A stretch of DNA of 40,414 bases from a bacterium (GTDB lineage Bacteria > SAR324 > XYD2-FULL-50-16): positions 1 to 40,414 of the forward strand of contig JAVVEA010000025.1 in assembly GCA_032250835.1 (NCBI GenBank), given 5' to 3'. Of this stretch, positions 8,085 to 18,477 are shown piece by piece. The position numbers were made by a program, and so were the translations under genes. The notes beneath the pieces are model-generated. The model was not told the DNA's origin. It did not search any database and worked only from the letters and a program-made list of their open reading frames with translations. How positions within the stretch are numbered: position 1 is the stretch's first letter; each line of letters starts with the position of its first letter.

Positions 8085-11000
8085 ATGAACGAGCAACCCT
8101 TCCCTTACCCCGGTATCCCCGGTGCGGTGGACGGCAATACCGCCGCTATCCTCTCGGAGCGTGAGGCCAGCGATGCCGCCGGGGCGTTTCCGATCACCCC
8201 TTCGACGCAAATGGGCGAATACTGGGAGGCCCAAGCCTCGGCGGGACACCTCAACGTTTCCGGTGAGCCCTTGATCTTCATCGAACCCGAAGGCGAACAC
8301 GCCGCCGCCGGGGTTACCGCCGGTCTTTCCATGTCCGGTCTGCGCTCGGCAAACTTTTCTAGCGGCCAAGGGATCGCCTACATGCATGAGTCGCTCTATG
8401 CGGCGGTGGGCAAGCGGTTGACCTACGTGCTGAATATGGGTTGTCGGGCCATGACCAAAGCGAGCCTGAATGTACATGCTGGGCACGACGACTACCACGC
8501 CGCCGACGATACGGGCTTCTTCCAGTTGTTCGCCAAGAACGTGCAACAGGTGGCGGACCTCAACTTGATCGCCCACCGCGTTGCCGAATGGGCGTTGACG
8601 CCGGGTATTATCGCCCAAGACGGCTTTTTGACCACCCATTTGATCGAGTCGCTGCGCCTCCCCGAGCGCGAGTTGGTCGCCGAATTTTTAGGTCGCCCTG
8701 CTGATTTAATCGCCACACCCACGGCATCACAGCGGATGATCTTCGGCAAGGAGCGCCGCCGGGTCCCCATGTTGTGGGATGTTGACAACCCCGTCTTGAT
8801 CGGGCCGGTGCAAAACCAAGACAGCTATATGCAACAGGTAGCGGCCCAAAACCCGCACTTCTTCCAGCCCATCCTGGGCATGGTACAGCAGGCGATGGAG
8901 CAGTATTACCGCCTGACGGGCCGTCGTTACCAACCGGTGGAAACCTACCGAGTCGAGGACGCCGAGTACCTCTTAATGGGGCAAGGGAGCGTCATCCCCA
9001 GTTGCGAGGCCGTCGCCGACTTCCTTCGCGAGAAGAAGGGCCTCAAGGTTGGGGTGATCAACCTGACCCTCTTCCGGCCCTTCCCCGGAGCCATCTTGAG
9101 CCAATTGATCCGGGGCGCTAAAGGTGTGACGGTACTAGAACGGGTCGACCAGCCCCTGGCCGAGGACCTGCCAATGATCCGCGAATTGCGGGCCGCCCTC
9201 TATAAGGGGATCGAAAACGGCATGGGCCACGAAGCCTTTGCCGGTTATGCGGCCATCACTCCTGGAGAAATCCCGCCGCTCTACTCGGCCTGTTTCGGCT
9301 TAGGCAGCCGCGACCTACAACCAGAGGGGCTGATTGGGGCGGTAGAGAACATGCTGGACAAAGCGCCGCGCAAGAAGCGCTTTTACCTCAGCATTGATTT
9401 CATAAAAAAACCAACTACGCCGAAACAAGAGATATACTTCCAACAGCTCAAAGAGCAAATCCCCAATCTGGAAGCGCTCAGCGTGCATGGCAGCGAGAAT
9501 CCCAACCTCATGCCTAAAGGAAGCATTACCGTCCGATTCCACAGCATCGGTGGCTGGGGGGCGATGGCCACCGGCAAAGCGTTGACCATGACCTTAGCCG
9601 ACATCTTGGGCTTTTACGTCAAGTCCAACCCCAAGTATGGCAGCGAAAAGAAGGGGCAGCCGACGACCTATTACTTGGCGGTCGCGCCCGAGCCGATCCG
9701 GGTGAACTGCGAGTTTTATTATGTGGACTCGGTGATTTCCCCAGACCCCAACGTCTTCAGCCACCCCAACCCCCTGGGTGGTTTGCGGCAAGGCGGAACC
9801 TTCATCCTGCAATCGGACCTAGGTGACAGCGCGAAGGTTTGGGCTTCCCTGCCCGCCCCTTACGCTAAGATGATCGTCAATCAGGAGATCCGCTTCTTTT
9901 ACCTCGACGCCTTTAAAATCGCCCGCGAAGAAGCCCACGACCCAGACCTGCTCTTCCGGATGCAGGGGATGGCCTGCCAGGGGGCCTTCTTCAAGGCCAC
10001 CGGGATTGCCCAACAACAGGGGCTAGACGAGGCCCAACTGTTCGAACGGATTGAGCAACAGCTACGCGCTAAGTTTAAAGGCAAAGGGGAGCAGGTGATC
10101 CAAGACAACCTTCAGGTGGTCAAGCGGGGTTATTTCGAGACCCACGAGATCACCGAAAAGCCGCTGGAACTAGGCCAGAGGGCCGAGAAGAAATCGGCGG
10201 AACTGCCTATGGCGCTCAAGGCGCGCCCCCAAGCCAACCGTCCGGTGGTAGACATCCACCGATTCTGGGAACAAACCGGTTATTTTTACAAACAAGGAAC
10301 TGGCGGGGGCATCTTGGCGGACCCCTTTGCGGGGATGAGCTTGATCCCCGCCGGCACCGGCATCTTCAAGGACCTGACCGAAATCCGTTTCGAGCACCCC
10401 CGCTGGGTGCCCGCCAACTGTACCGGCTGCGGGAAGTGTTGGGGCATCTGCCCCGATTCGGCTATTCCCGGTTTGGTCAGCCGGATTGACCAGCTCTTTG
10501 AAACGGCCGCCCAACGTTTGGAATCCAAGGGCCTGTCTCTAGAGGCGTTACGCCCCCAACTGAGGGCGTTGGAGAAGGACTTCCGGGCCCGTTTGGTGGC
10601 AGCGGAAAACGACGCCGATGTGATCGCTTTACTCAAAGCCTCGGTTGCCCAAAAAAACCAACCAGACGTGCCTTGGGATGATTTCCTAAGCGAGTTGGCG
10701 CATTTCCCCTTGGCCCTGACCCAACCCTACTTCCGTACCCCCGAGAACCAAACCAGCGGGGCGGGCGGGCTGCTATCGGTAACCATCAACCCGCTAGCTT
10801 GCAAGGGCTGTATGGAATGTGTGGCCCTCTGCGGGGATCAAGCTCTGGTCAAAGTACCCCAAAGCCCGGCAACCCTAGAGTCGCTGCACCATAGTTGGGC
10901 CTTCTGGAATGACCTCCCCACCACCGACCCCCGGTATATCCGGGTGGATAACTTAGAAGAAGCCGTGGGGGCCTTGGAGTCGATCCTGCTGGACAAAGCC

Positions 11001-12560
11001 GCCTACCAAAGTATGACTGGCGGTGATGGGGCCTGCCTCGGCTGTGCCGAAAAGAGCCTACTGCACCTGTTCACCTCGACCGTGGTGGCGCTGATGGACC
11101 GGCGGGTTAGGGGCTTTTTGGCGCACTTGGACCAGATGATCGAAGATCTACTGGACCAAGCAAGGCAACGCACCCAACTGGACCTGAACGACTCGCTGCG
11201 ACTTGAAGCGATCCTTTCGGGGCGCGAGGACCTGAGCCTAGAAGAATTGGCCCACCAATTGGGACCCAGGCGGCTTGATCTACCCTGGTTGAGCGAAGTG
11301 AACCGCCTGCGGCTAGGGCTCATGGCAATCCGGGATCAATACCTCAAAGGGGACACCGGCCTGGGTCGGGCCCAGATGGGCATCGTCAACGCCACCGGCT
11401 GTTCCTCCGTTTGGGGCAGTACCTACCCGATCAACCCCTACCCCTTTCCTTGGGTCAACCACCTCTTCCAAGACAGTCCCTCCATTGCGTTGGGAGTCTT
11501 TGAGGGGCACATGCGCAAGATGGCCGGTATGTTCAAACAAGTGCGGCAAGCCCAGGCGTTTCTAGACGCCGAAGAACCGCCCGACTTGACCTACTTCGAT
11601 TGGCGCCAGTTCAGCGACGAGGAAATGGAGCTTTCGCCCCCGGTAGTGGTGGTGGGCGGAGACGGGGCCATGTACGACATCGGCTTCCAGAACCTTTCTC
11701 GGTTGATGATGACCGGAAAGCCCATCAAGGTCGTGGTGTTGGACACCCAGGTTTACAGCAACACCGGCGGGCAAGCCTGCACCTCCGGCTTCAAGGGGCA
11801 AACCTCAGATATGGCTACCTTTGGCAAGCTGCACCAGGGCAAGGAGGAGGTCCGTAAAGAACTGGCGTTGATCGCCATGGCCCACCGCACCACGTACGTC
11901 TTGCAAGGCTCCATGGCCAATCCTTCGCATTTGGTTGAAGGCTTCATCGCGGGCCTTAAATCCCGTCGTCCCGCTTTGTTCAACCTCTACACCCCCTGCC
12001 AACCCGAGCATGGGATCGGCGACGACCAATCGGCTCACCAAGCCAAACTGGCTTTGGAGTCACGGGCCTATCCGGCATTACGCTTCGACCCGGAGCAAGG
12101 CGAAAGCTTCGCCGAGTGCTTGGACCTGGAGGGCAACCCGGACCCGGAGCGCGATTGGCCGACCTACGACCTGGAACTGGACGGCGAAAAGCGCGCGATT
12201 GACTTGACCTTCGCTGATTTCGCCGCTACGGAAATGCGCTTTTACAAGCACTTTAAGGAGGCCCCGCCAGAAACTTGGGACGACGGGCGGATGGTCCCAT
12301 TGGTGGCCTTTTTGGACCTAGCAGACCCTGGCGAGCGGGTCCCCTATATTTGGGCTAAGTCCCGAGAGGGTAAGGCCCGAAGGCTGCTGGTCTCGGCTGA
12401 GTTGGTCGATTCGACCCGAGACCGGCGGCGGTACTGGCGGCTGCTCCGCTCGTTGGCTGAATCGGGCCGGGAGGCGGCCCAAGAGCAACTGGCCGAGCAA
12501 TTGCGCCGCCAGATGGCCCAAGAATTGACCGAAAAATTGCTCGCGTTGGCCAGTTCTTAA
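8085..12560 (+). CDS. Single-chain pyruvate:ferredoxin/flavodoxin oxidoreductase family protein (NifJ/Por-like)
   Basis: FPITPSTQMGE, SIGGWG, KYGSEKKG, two CxxCxxCxxxC ferredoxin motifs, GACLGCAE, NATGCSSVWG, TPP motif GGDGAMYDIG...DTQVYSNTGGQ. GGAG RBS upstream. Confidence 0.93.
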   Translation: MNEQPFPYPGIPGAVDGNTAAILSEREASDAAGAFPITPSTQMGEYWEAQASAGHLNVSGEPLIFIEPEGEHAAAGVTAGLSMSGLRSANFSSGQGIAYMHESLYAAVGKRLTYVLNMGCRAMTKASLNVHAGHDDYHAADDTGFFQLFAKNVQQVADLNLIAHRVAEWALTPGIIAQDGFLTTHLIESLRLPERELVAEFLGRPADLIATPTASQRMIFGKERRRVPMLWDVDNPVLIGPVQNQDSYMQQVAAQNPHFFQPILGMVQQAMEQYYRLTGRRYQPVETYRVEDAEYLLMGQGSVIPSCEAVADFLREKKGLKVGVINLTLFRPFPGAILSQLIRGAKGVTVLERVDQPLAEDLPMIRELRAALYKGIENGMGHEAFAGYAAITPGEIPPLYSACFGLGSRDLQPEGLIGAVENMLDKAPRKKRFYLSIDFIKKPTTPKQEIYFQQLKEQIPNLEALSVHGSENPNLMPKGSITVRFHSIGGWGAMATGKALTMTLADILGFYVKSNPKYGSEKKGQPTTYYLAVAPEPIRVNCEFYYVDSVISPDPNVFSHPNPLGGLRQGGTFILQSDLGDSAKVWASLPAPYAKMIVNQEIRFFYLDAFKIAREEAHDPDLLFRMQGMACQGAFFKATGIAQQQGLDEAQLFERIEQQLRAKFKGKGEQVIQDNLQVVKRGYFETHEITEKPLELGQRAEKKSAELPMALKARPQANRPVVDIHRFWEQTGYFYKQGTGGGILADPFAGMSLIPAGTGIFKDLTEIRFEHPRWVPANCTGCGKCWGICPDSAIPGLVSRIDQLFETAAQRLESKGLSLEALRPQLRALEKDFRARLVAAENDADVIALLKASVAQKNQPDVPWDDFLSELAHFPLALTQPYFRTPENQTSGAGGLLSVTINPLACKGCMECVALCGDQALVKVPQSPATLESLHHSWAFWNDLPTTDPRYIRVDNLEEAVGALESILLDKAAYQSMTGGDGACLGCAEKSLLHLFTSTVVALMDRRVRGFLAHLDQMIEDLLDQARQRTQLDLNDSLRLEAILSGREDLSLEELAHQLGPRRLDLPWLSEVNRLRLGLMAIRDQYLKGDTGLGRAQMGIVNATGCSSVWGSTYPINPYPFPWVNHLFQDSPSIALGVFEGHMRKMAGMFKQVRQAQAFLDAEEPPDLTYFDWRQFSDEEMELSPPVVVVGGDGAMYDIGFQNLSRLMMTGKPIKVVVLDTQVYSNTGGQACTSGFKGQTSDMATFGKLHQGKEEVRKELALIAMAHRTTYVLQGSMANPSHLVEGFIAGLKSRRPALFNLYTPCQPEHGIGDDQSAHQAKLALESRAYPALRFDPEQGESFAECLDLEGNPDPERDWPTYDLELDGEKRAIDLTFADFAATEMRFYKHFKEAPPETWDDGRMVPLVAFLDLADPGERVPYIWAKSREGKARRLLVSAELVDSTRDRRRYWRLLRSLAESGREAAQEQLAEQLRRQMAQELTEKLLALASS

Positions 12561-12567
12561 GGGAGGC

Positions 12568-13884
12568 ATGATGGGCTTACGCACCTTCTCCAAGGGGGTC
12601 CATCCCCCGACTTTCAAGGATTTGACCCGAAGCTCGCCGATCCGTCGCTTGGGTTTTGCCCCCCTCTTGGCCGTCTCGCTGGCCGGGCATTTAGGCCGTC
12701 CTTCTAGGCCCATGGTGCGGATCGGAGAAGAGGTGGAGCGGGGCCAAAAGATTGCCGAGGCCGACGGATTTCTTTCGGTAGCCCAACATGCCCCTGCCTC
12801 GGGCCAGGTCACTAAAATCGACCAAGTCTTGGATGCTCAAGGGCACTGGCAACCGGCGGTCTTTATCGAACCCTTCGCGGCGTCCCAGCAAATCCTTCCG
12901 GTGCATCAGTTGGTGGATTCGCAGCATTTGGATTTGGAGCAATTGATCCATTGGAGTCAAGAGATCGGCATGGTGGGGCTTGGTGGGGCCGCCTTCCCAA
13001 CACACGTAAAAATCGCCTCGGCCAGGGAAGGAGCGATCCATAGCTTGATCGTCAACGGTGCCGAATGCGAGCCCTACCTAAGCGCCGACCACCGGGTCAT
13101 GTTAGAGCAAAGCGCCGACGTGGTGGCAGGTATCCGTCTGTTGCAGCGCTGCCTCGGTGCCCAGAGGGTGTTGGTCGCTGTGGAGGACAACAAATCCGAT
13201 GCCCTGGCCCAACTGCGCCAAACCGCCGGGGAGGGGACTGGTTGGGAGTGGGTGCCCCTCAAGACCAAATACCCCCAAGGGGCCGAGAAGTTGTTGGTCC
13301 GGGTCTTGTTGGGGCAAGACCTGCCTTCGGGTTTTTTGCCCAAAGATCTGGGGGTTCTAGTCGCCAACGTGACCACCTTGGCGGAGATGGGTTTGCTGCT
13401 GCCCATTGGGGCGGGGATCGTCGAGCGGGTGGTGACCGTTGCCGGTGATGCCTGCTTAAATCCCGGCAACTATCTGGTCCCCTTAGGGACGCCGCTAGGC
13501 TATATTTTGGACCAATTGGGCGAAAAGCCCGAGTTGGTGGTCTTGGGCGGTCCCATGATGGGCCGCCCGGTGGCATCGGGTCAGACCGTTACCACCAAGG
13601 GAGTGACGGGAATTTTGATGTTCAAAGGCCTGCAAAGGCCCACCGGGGGACCAGACCCCTGTATCTCCTGCGGGAAGTGCCTGAGCGCCTGCCCGTTGGA
13701 CCTAAACCCTAGCCGATTGGGGAAGCTGGCTCAGGCCGGGGCTTGGGCTGAAATGCAAGGGAAACAGCACCTCTTCGACTGTTTTGAATGCGGCGCTTGC
13801 GCCTATGTTTGCCCCTCGCGCATCCCGCTACCGCAACTGTTCCGCGCCGCCAAGGCCGCACTACGTAAGGAGAACGCCTCATGA
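12568..13884 (+). CDS. rnfC: Rnf subunit C (FMN/NADH-binding, 2x4Fe-4S)
   Basis: GMVGLGGAAFPTHVK, NGAECEPYLSAD, KYPQGAEK, GGPMMG, CISCGKCLSACP, CFECGACAYVCPS. The start could be 12571. Confidence 0.95.
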   Translation: MMGLRTFSKGVHPPTFKDLTRSSPIRRLGFAPLLAVSLAGHLGRPSRPMVRIGEEVERGQKIAEADGFLSVAQHAPASGQVTKIDQVLDAQGHWQPAVFIEPFAASQQILPVHQLVDSQHLDLEQLIHWSQEIGMVGLGGAAFPTHVKIASAREGAIHSLIVNGAECEPYLSADHRVMLEQSADVVAGIRLLQRCLGAQRVLVAVEDNKSDALAQLRQTAGEGTGWEWVPLKTKYPQGAEKLLVRVLLGQDLPSGFLPKDLGVLVANVTTLAEMGLLLPIGAGIVERVVTVAGDACLNPGNYLVPLGTPLGYILDQLGEKPELVVLGGPMMGRPVASGQTVTTKGVTGILMFKGLQRPTGGPDPCISCGKCLSACPLDLNPSRLGKLAQAGAWAEMQGKQHLFDCFECGACAYVCPSRIPLPQLFRAAKAALRKENAS

Positions 13885-14888
13885 AACTCCAGGCAGCCCC
13901 CTTTTTACACGGGCCCGAGACCCTGCGCGGGATGATGAACCGGGTTCTCTGGGCGCTCTTGCCGCTGGTGGCTTGGTCTTTCTACAAATATGGTCTCGCC
14001 GCCCTGGCGGTGATCGGCACCAGCGCGGTCGGTTGCTGGGCCATGGAAGCTTGGCTGCGCCCGGTGGGTGCTCCGGTTCGCGGGTTGCTTGGGGCCATGC
14101 CGCCCCGAGCGCCGGACGCCTCCCCCTGGATCGCCGGCATCTTGCTGGGCTTGAGCTTACCTCCGGGAACGCCTTGTTGGATCGCCCTGGTAGGCGCGGT
14201 GGTGGCCATGACCTTGGGGAAGTGGGCCTTTGGTGGCTTGGGGCATAACTTGTTTAATCCGGCGGTGGTGGCCCGGGTCTTCCTACAGGCGGCCTTCCCG
14301 GCAACATTGACCACTTGGCATCCAGCTTGGCAGCCTGGGCGGTTCACGCAGTTGATCCCCGCCAACCTCGCTTGGCCCATGATGGCCCCCTCGAGCGACG
14401 GGATCTCTGGGGCCACCCCCTTAGGGCTTTGGAAGTTTTCCCACCAGCCGCCCGATTGGTGGGCGCTGGTGAGCGACCAGAGCCAAAGTTCTCTGGGCGA
14501 TGGAGCCCCTGGGTTGGTCTTGGTTCTGGGTCTGGCTTTGGTGTTATTGAAGGTTGCCGACTGGCGTATTCCGGTAGGGATTCTGGTCTCTGCCGCGCTG
14601 GTTGCCGGTTTGTTCCGTCTGATGGGTCTTGGGCCGGGGCCGCTGTTCCACTTAAGCAGCGGCGGGCTGATGCTAGGTGCTTGGTTTATGGCGACCGATC
14701 CCGTCACCTCACCGGTATCGCCTAAAGCCATCTGGGTATACAGCTGGTTCATCGGGACGGGGATTGTCTTGCTGCGCCAATGGGGCGGGCAACCGGAGGT
14801 GACCGCCTACCTGTTGCTGATGGGCAACGCCATGGTCCCGCTAGTGGAACGCTGGCTTCCGCCAACCCCTTATGGAGCCAACCCGTGA
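13881..14888 (+). CDS. rnfD: Rnf subunit D
   Basis: Polytopic membrane protein with KWAFGGLGHNLFNPA, flavinylation motif SGATPLG and FMATDPVTSP. ATGA overlap with rnfC. Confidence 0.93.
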   Translation: MKLQAAPFLHGPETLRGMMNRVLWALLPLVAWSFYKYGLAALAVIGTSAVGCWAMEAWLRPVGAPVRGLLGAMPPRAPDASPWIAGILLGLSLPPGTPCWIALVGAVVAMTLGKWAFGGLGHNLFNPAVVARVFLQAAFPATLTTWHPAWQPGRFTQLIPANLAWPMMAPSSDGISGATPLGLWKFSHQPPDWWALVSDQSQSSLGDGAPGLVLVLGLALVLLKVADWRIPVGILVSAALVAGLFRLMGLGPGPLFHLSSGGLMLGAWFMATDPVTSPVSPKAIWVYSWFIGTGIVLLRQWGGQPEVTAYLLLMGNAMVPLVERWLPPTPYGANP

Positions 14889-15490
14889 CCACTCGAGGGA
14901 ATCCAACCTGGAAGATGGTGGCCCTTTTGGTGGGGCTGACCACGCTCTGTGGCCTGTTACTTTTGTTGGCCCATGCTTGGAGCGCTCCGATCATTCAGCA
15001 GAAGCAAGAGGCCGCCCTACGGTCCGCTCTGGTGCGCGTCCTGCCCCAGGCCAAAACCTTTGCCACCTGGACCGAACAAGGCGGACAGTTGGTCCCCCCT
15101 TTGGCCACCGGCAAGGACTTGCGGCTCTTTGAGGGCCTCGACAACCAAGGCCAACGAGTCGGCTGGGTGATCGAGGCACAAGGGGCGGGCTATCAAGAGC
15201 CGATCCGGCTGCTCTTTGGGCTGGATGTCCAAGGGCAGCAATTGAACGGATTCGAGGTGCTCGATTCGAAGGAAACCCCCGGCTTAGGCGACCGAATAGA
15301 GAAAGACCCGAGCTTTCTTGCCAATTTTAAAGCCCTGGACCTAAGCCAACCGATCCGCTTGGTTAAACCAGGGCACAAGACCAAACCCTCTCAGATTGAA
15401 GGGATCACCGGAGCCACCGTCAGCAGCCAGGCGGTGGCGCATATTATCCAACGGGCCTTGGCCAGCCGCCTTCCCTTGGTAAAGCAGTGA
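14885..15490 (+). CDS. rnfG: Rnf subunit G
   Basis: N-terminal TM, GYQEPI, ETPGLG, flavinylation motif ITGATVSS. GTGA overlap at 14885-14888 with GGAG at 14874-14877. Confidence 0.9.
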   Translation: MTTRGNPTWKMVALLVGLTTLCGLLLLLAHAWSAPIIQQKQEAALRSALVRVLPQAKTFATWTEQGGQLVPPLATGKDLRLFEGLDNQGQRVGWVIEAQGAGYQEPIRLLFGLDVQGQQLNGFEVLDSKETPGLGDRIEKDPSFLANFKALDLSQPIRLVKPGHKTKPSQIEGITGATVSSQAVAHIIQRALASRLPLVKQ

Positions 15491-16089
15491 AGGAACCGAC
15501 CGCCCAAGAATCTTTCAGACAAGGCCTTTGGACCAAGAATCCGGTCTTGGTCCAATTGTTGGGGATGTGTCCCGTCTTGGCGGTCAGTAACTCAGTGGCC
15601 AATGCCCTGGCTATGGGCTTGGCGACAAGCTTCGTGCTGGTTGCCTCGGCGCTGATGGTCTCCTGGATCAGGCATTGGGTGCCCCCATCGGTGCGTATCG
15701 CGGTCTTCATCCTGATCATCGCGACCTTCGTGAGCTTGGCCGAAATGCTGATCCAAGCAGTGAGCCTAGAGGTACACAAGGCTCTGGGGCCCTTTATTTC
15801 GTTGATCGTGGTCAACTGCATCATCCTCGGCCAAGCCGAATCCTTTGCCTCCAAACACCCGCCGTTGCCCTCGGTGATCGATGCCTTTTCAAGGGGCAGC
15901 GGCTTTACCCTAGCCATTTTGGCCATGGGGGCCATCCGCGAATTGCTGGGCAAGGGTAGTTTATTAGGTTACAATGTACTTGGAGAGCACTTCCTGCCCT
16001 GGGTCGTGTTTCTGTTGCCTGGAGGCGGCTTTTTTGTGTTGGGATTTTTACTGATGCTCTACCACCGATATCAGCGGGAGGCGAGATGA
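15487..16089 (+). CDS. rnfE: Rnf subunit E
   Basis: NPVLVQLLGMCPVLAV, LIVVNCIILG, LPGGGF. GTGA overlap with rnfG. Confidence 0.95.
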   Translation: MKEPTAQESFRQGLWTKNPVLVQLLGMCPVLAVSNSVANALAMGLATSFVLVASALMVSWIRHWVPPSVRIAVFILIIATFVSLAEMLIQAVSLEVHKALGPFISLIVVNCIILGQAESFASKHPPLPSVIDAFSRGSGFTLAILAMGAIRELLGKGSLLGYNVLGEHFLPWVVFLLPGGGFFVLGFLLMLYHRYQREAR

Positions 16090-16664
16090 ACGAAGGGTTG
16101 GCGGCCATCTTCTTGGGAAGCTTTTTGGTCAATAACTTTGTGCTCGCGTACTTCTTGGGTATCTGCCCTTTCTTGGGCGTTTCGGGCCGAATGGATACGG
16201 CGGTGCGCATGGGGCTAGCCGTCAGTTTGGTGATGTTGGTCGCCTCTATGTCGGCCTATGGGATCAACCAACTGCTGCAAGCCTTGGATTTGGAAGTTTT
16301 ACGGCTGATTTCTTTTGTTTTGGTGATCGCCACAGCGGTGCAACTAGTGGAACTGTTCGTAAAGAAAACCAGCCGCCCCCTGTTCGACGCGTTGGGCATC
16401 TTCTTGCCGCTGATCACCACCAACTGCGCGATCTTGGGCGTGGCGCTGTTCCAAACCAGCCGGGATTATGATTTTTTGCAGTCTCTGGCCTTTGCCGCCG
16501 GGGCGGGGGCGGGGTTTACCTTGGCTCTGTTGTTGATGGCGGGTTTGCGTGAAGAGCTTAAGTGGTCCAACCCGCCGGACCTAACCCAAGGCACGGCCTT
16601 AACCTTGATGGTCGGGGGGATCCTTTCCATGGCCTTTATGGGTTTTGCTGGGCTGGGAGGTTGA
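16086..16664 (+). CDS. rnfA: Rnf subunit A
   Basis: NNFVLAYFLGICPFLGVS, LGIFLPLITTNCAILG, SMAFMGFAG. ATGA overlap with rnfE. Confidence 0.95.
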   Translation: MNEGLAAIFLGSFLVNNFVLAYFLGICPFLGVSGRMDTAVRMGLAVSLVMLVASMSAYGINQLLQALDLEVLRLISFVLVIATAVQLVELFVKKTSRPLFDALGIFLPLITTNCAILGVALFQTSRDYDFLQSLAFAAGAGAGFTLALLLMAGLREELKWSNPPDLTQGTALTLMVGGILSMAFMGFAGLGG

Positions 16665-16665
16665 G

Positions 16666-18477
16666 ATGAGCAAGTCGCCACCAATCAGGGAACATATCTT
16701 GGAAATCCTCTCCGATGCGGGCGAGGGGGCCCAAAAGGCGGGGGGCATCTTTGCCAAAGCTTCGGCGAAGATGGGCAATTATCTTTGGACCGTAGAGATC
16801 ATACCGGCGGAAATCCAACCGCCAGCCCACACCACCCGAGGTTCTTCGGGCATCCGCATCCGCTTCGGGGCCGATCCCGTCACCAACGCCGGAGACCAAG
16901 CCAACCTGATCTTCGCCTTCAACGAAATGAGTTTGCTGGCGCGCCTGGAGGCGGATTCGCTGGCTCCTGAGGTGGTCTTGTTGATCGACGACTTTTGGGC
17001 CCAGCAAGAAGAGACCCAAGCCAACTACCGGCAGGTGGTGGCACGGGTAGTTGCTGGTGGGGGCCGCGTCATACCCGTTCCTTTGACCCAACTGCTACAA
17101 GACGCCGACGCCGAGCAAGGCAAAAACACCTTGGCCCTGGGGGTCTTGTCTTACCTCTACCACCGAGACCTAAGCTTGGTGGAAGAAGCACTCCGCCAGA
17201 GTTTTGCGCACAAAGAGACCGCCGTCATCGACGCCAACTGCGCGTTGCTGCACCGCGGTTACGACTGGGCTGGTGGTGCCGTCGATTTTCGGGTTAAGAT
17301 CCCCGCCAAGCCCTCCAAGCACCCAATGTTAGCTATGAATGGCAACCAGGCCTTAGGGATCGGTGCCATTGCGGCGGGCTTTGAGCTCTGTTCCATGTAC
17401 CCCATCACCCCGGCTTCTTCGGCCTCCGTCTTCTTGGCCAAGGAGTTTGAGGCCTTCGGCGGGGTGGTGCATCAGGCAGAAGACGAAATCGCCGCAATCG
17501 GCGTGGCGCTAGGCTCCAATTATGCTGGCAAACCCGCGTTGACCATCACCTCCGGTCCAGGATTGGCGCTCAAGACCGAGTTTATGGGGTTGGCGGTGAT
17601 GACCGAAACCCCCTTGGTTTTGGTGGATGTCCAGCGCGGCGGCCCCTCGACTGGCCTGCCGACCAAGATCGAGCAGTCCGACTTGCTGGCAGCGCTTTAT
17701 TCAACGCCCGGCGATGCGCCTAAGGTGGTGTTGGCCCCCACCAGCATTGAAGATTGTTTTGAGGTGATGATCACGGCGCGCCGCCTGGCCGAAGACTTAC
17801 GCACTTTGGTGGTGGTCCTCTCGGACGCCAACTTGGCCACTGGGGTCCAGACCTTCAAACGCCCCCCGGCGGACCGACCGGATTACTTCCGGCCCCTAGA
17901 GATCGAACCCGTTGGCACGGAGGCGGTTCCCTACCAGTGGGACCCCGAGACTGGCATAGCTCCCAGGCTGATTCCGGGGCACCACCGAATTCCCGCGATG
18001 ACCTCCTCCCTAAACCATGACCCCAAAGGGCTGGTGTCTTATGATGGAGCCAGCAACCAACGGAGCCACCAGATGCGCCGCTTAAAGCTCAATCGGCTGC
18101 GCGAAAGCCTCAAGACCCCACCGCTCCTTGGGGCAAGCCAGGGGGACCTGCTGGTGGTCGGCTGGGGGAGTACCTTGGGGGCTATTGAAGAGGCGGCGGC
18201 CCAGGCGCAGAAAGAAGGGCTCGCTGTGTCGGCCTGCCACTTACGCTTTCTTAACCCCTTGCCGCCGGGCTTAAAGGGGCTATTCGGCGGATTTAGGCAG
18301 GTGGTCACCGTCGAGTTGAACTACGGGGAGCCCAAAGAACCGGGGCAACTGGCCCGGTTGTTGCGGGCTGAGACGCTGGTGGACGTGCAGTCCTTCGCTA
18401 AGGTCTGGGGCAGGCCCTTGATGCCTTGCGAGCTCTTGGCCGAAATGAGGCGCTTGATCCAAGCACAGGAGGCCTAA
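16666..18477 (+). CDS. korA: 2-oxoacid:ferredoxin oxidoreductase alpha subunit (gamma-alpha fusion, KorA-like)
   Basis: MYPITPAS, QAEDEIAA, TSGPG, VQRGGPSTGLPTK. GGGAGG RBS at 16655-16660 favours ATG 16666. Substrate specificity cannot be determined from sequence. Confidence 0.85.
   Translation: MSKSPPIREHILEILSDAGEGAQKAGGIFAKASAKMGNYLWTVEIIPAEIQPPAHTTRGSSGIRIRFGADPVTNAGDQANLIFAFNEMSLLARLEADSLAPEVVLLIDDFWAQQEETQANYRQVVARVVAGGGRVIPVPLTQLLQDADAEQGKNTLALGVLSYLYHRDLSLVEEALRQSFAHKETAVIDANCALLHRGYDWAGGAVDFRVKIPAKPSKHPMLAMNGNQALGIGAIAAGFELCSMYPITPASSASVFLAKEFEAFGGVVHQAEDEIAAIGVALGSNYAGKPALTITSGPGLALKTEFMGLAVMTETPLVLVDVQRGGPSTGLPTKIEQSDLLAALYSTPGDAPKVVLAPTSIEDCFEVMITARRLAEDLRTLVVVLSDANLATGVQTFKRPPADRPDYFRPLEIEPVGTEAVPYQWDPETGIAPRLIPGHHRIPAMTSSLNHDPKGLVSYDGASNQRSHQMRRLKLNRLRESLKTPPLLGASQGDLLVVGWGSTLGAIEEAAAQAQKEGLAVSACHLRFLNPLPPGLKGLFGGFRQVVTVELNYGEPKEPGQLARLLRAETLVDVQSFAKVWGRPLMPCELLAEMRRLIQAQEA

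Noticed and set aside
8085-12560. Oxalate oxidoreductase identity
   Set aside because: The motif is FPITP, not the YPIRP of oxalate oxidoreductase.
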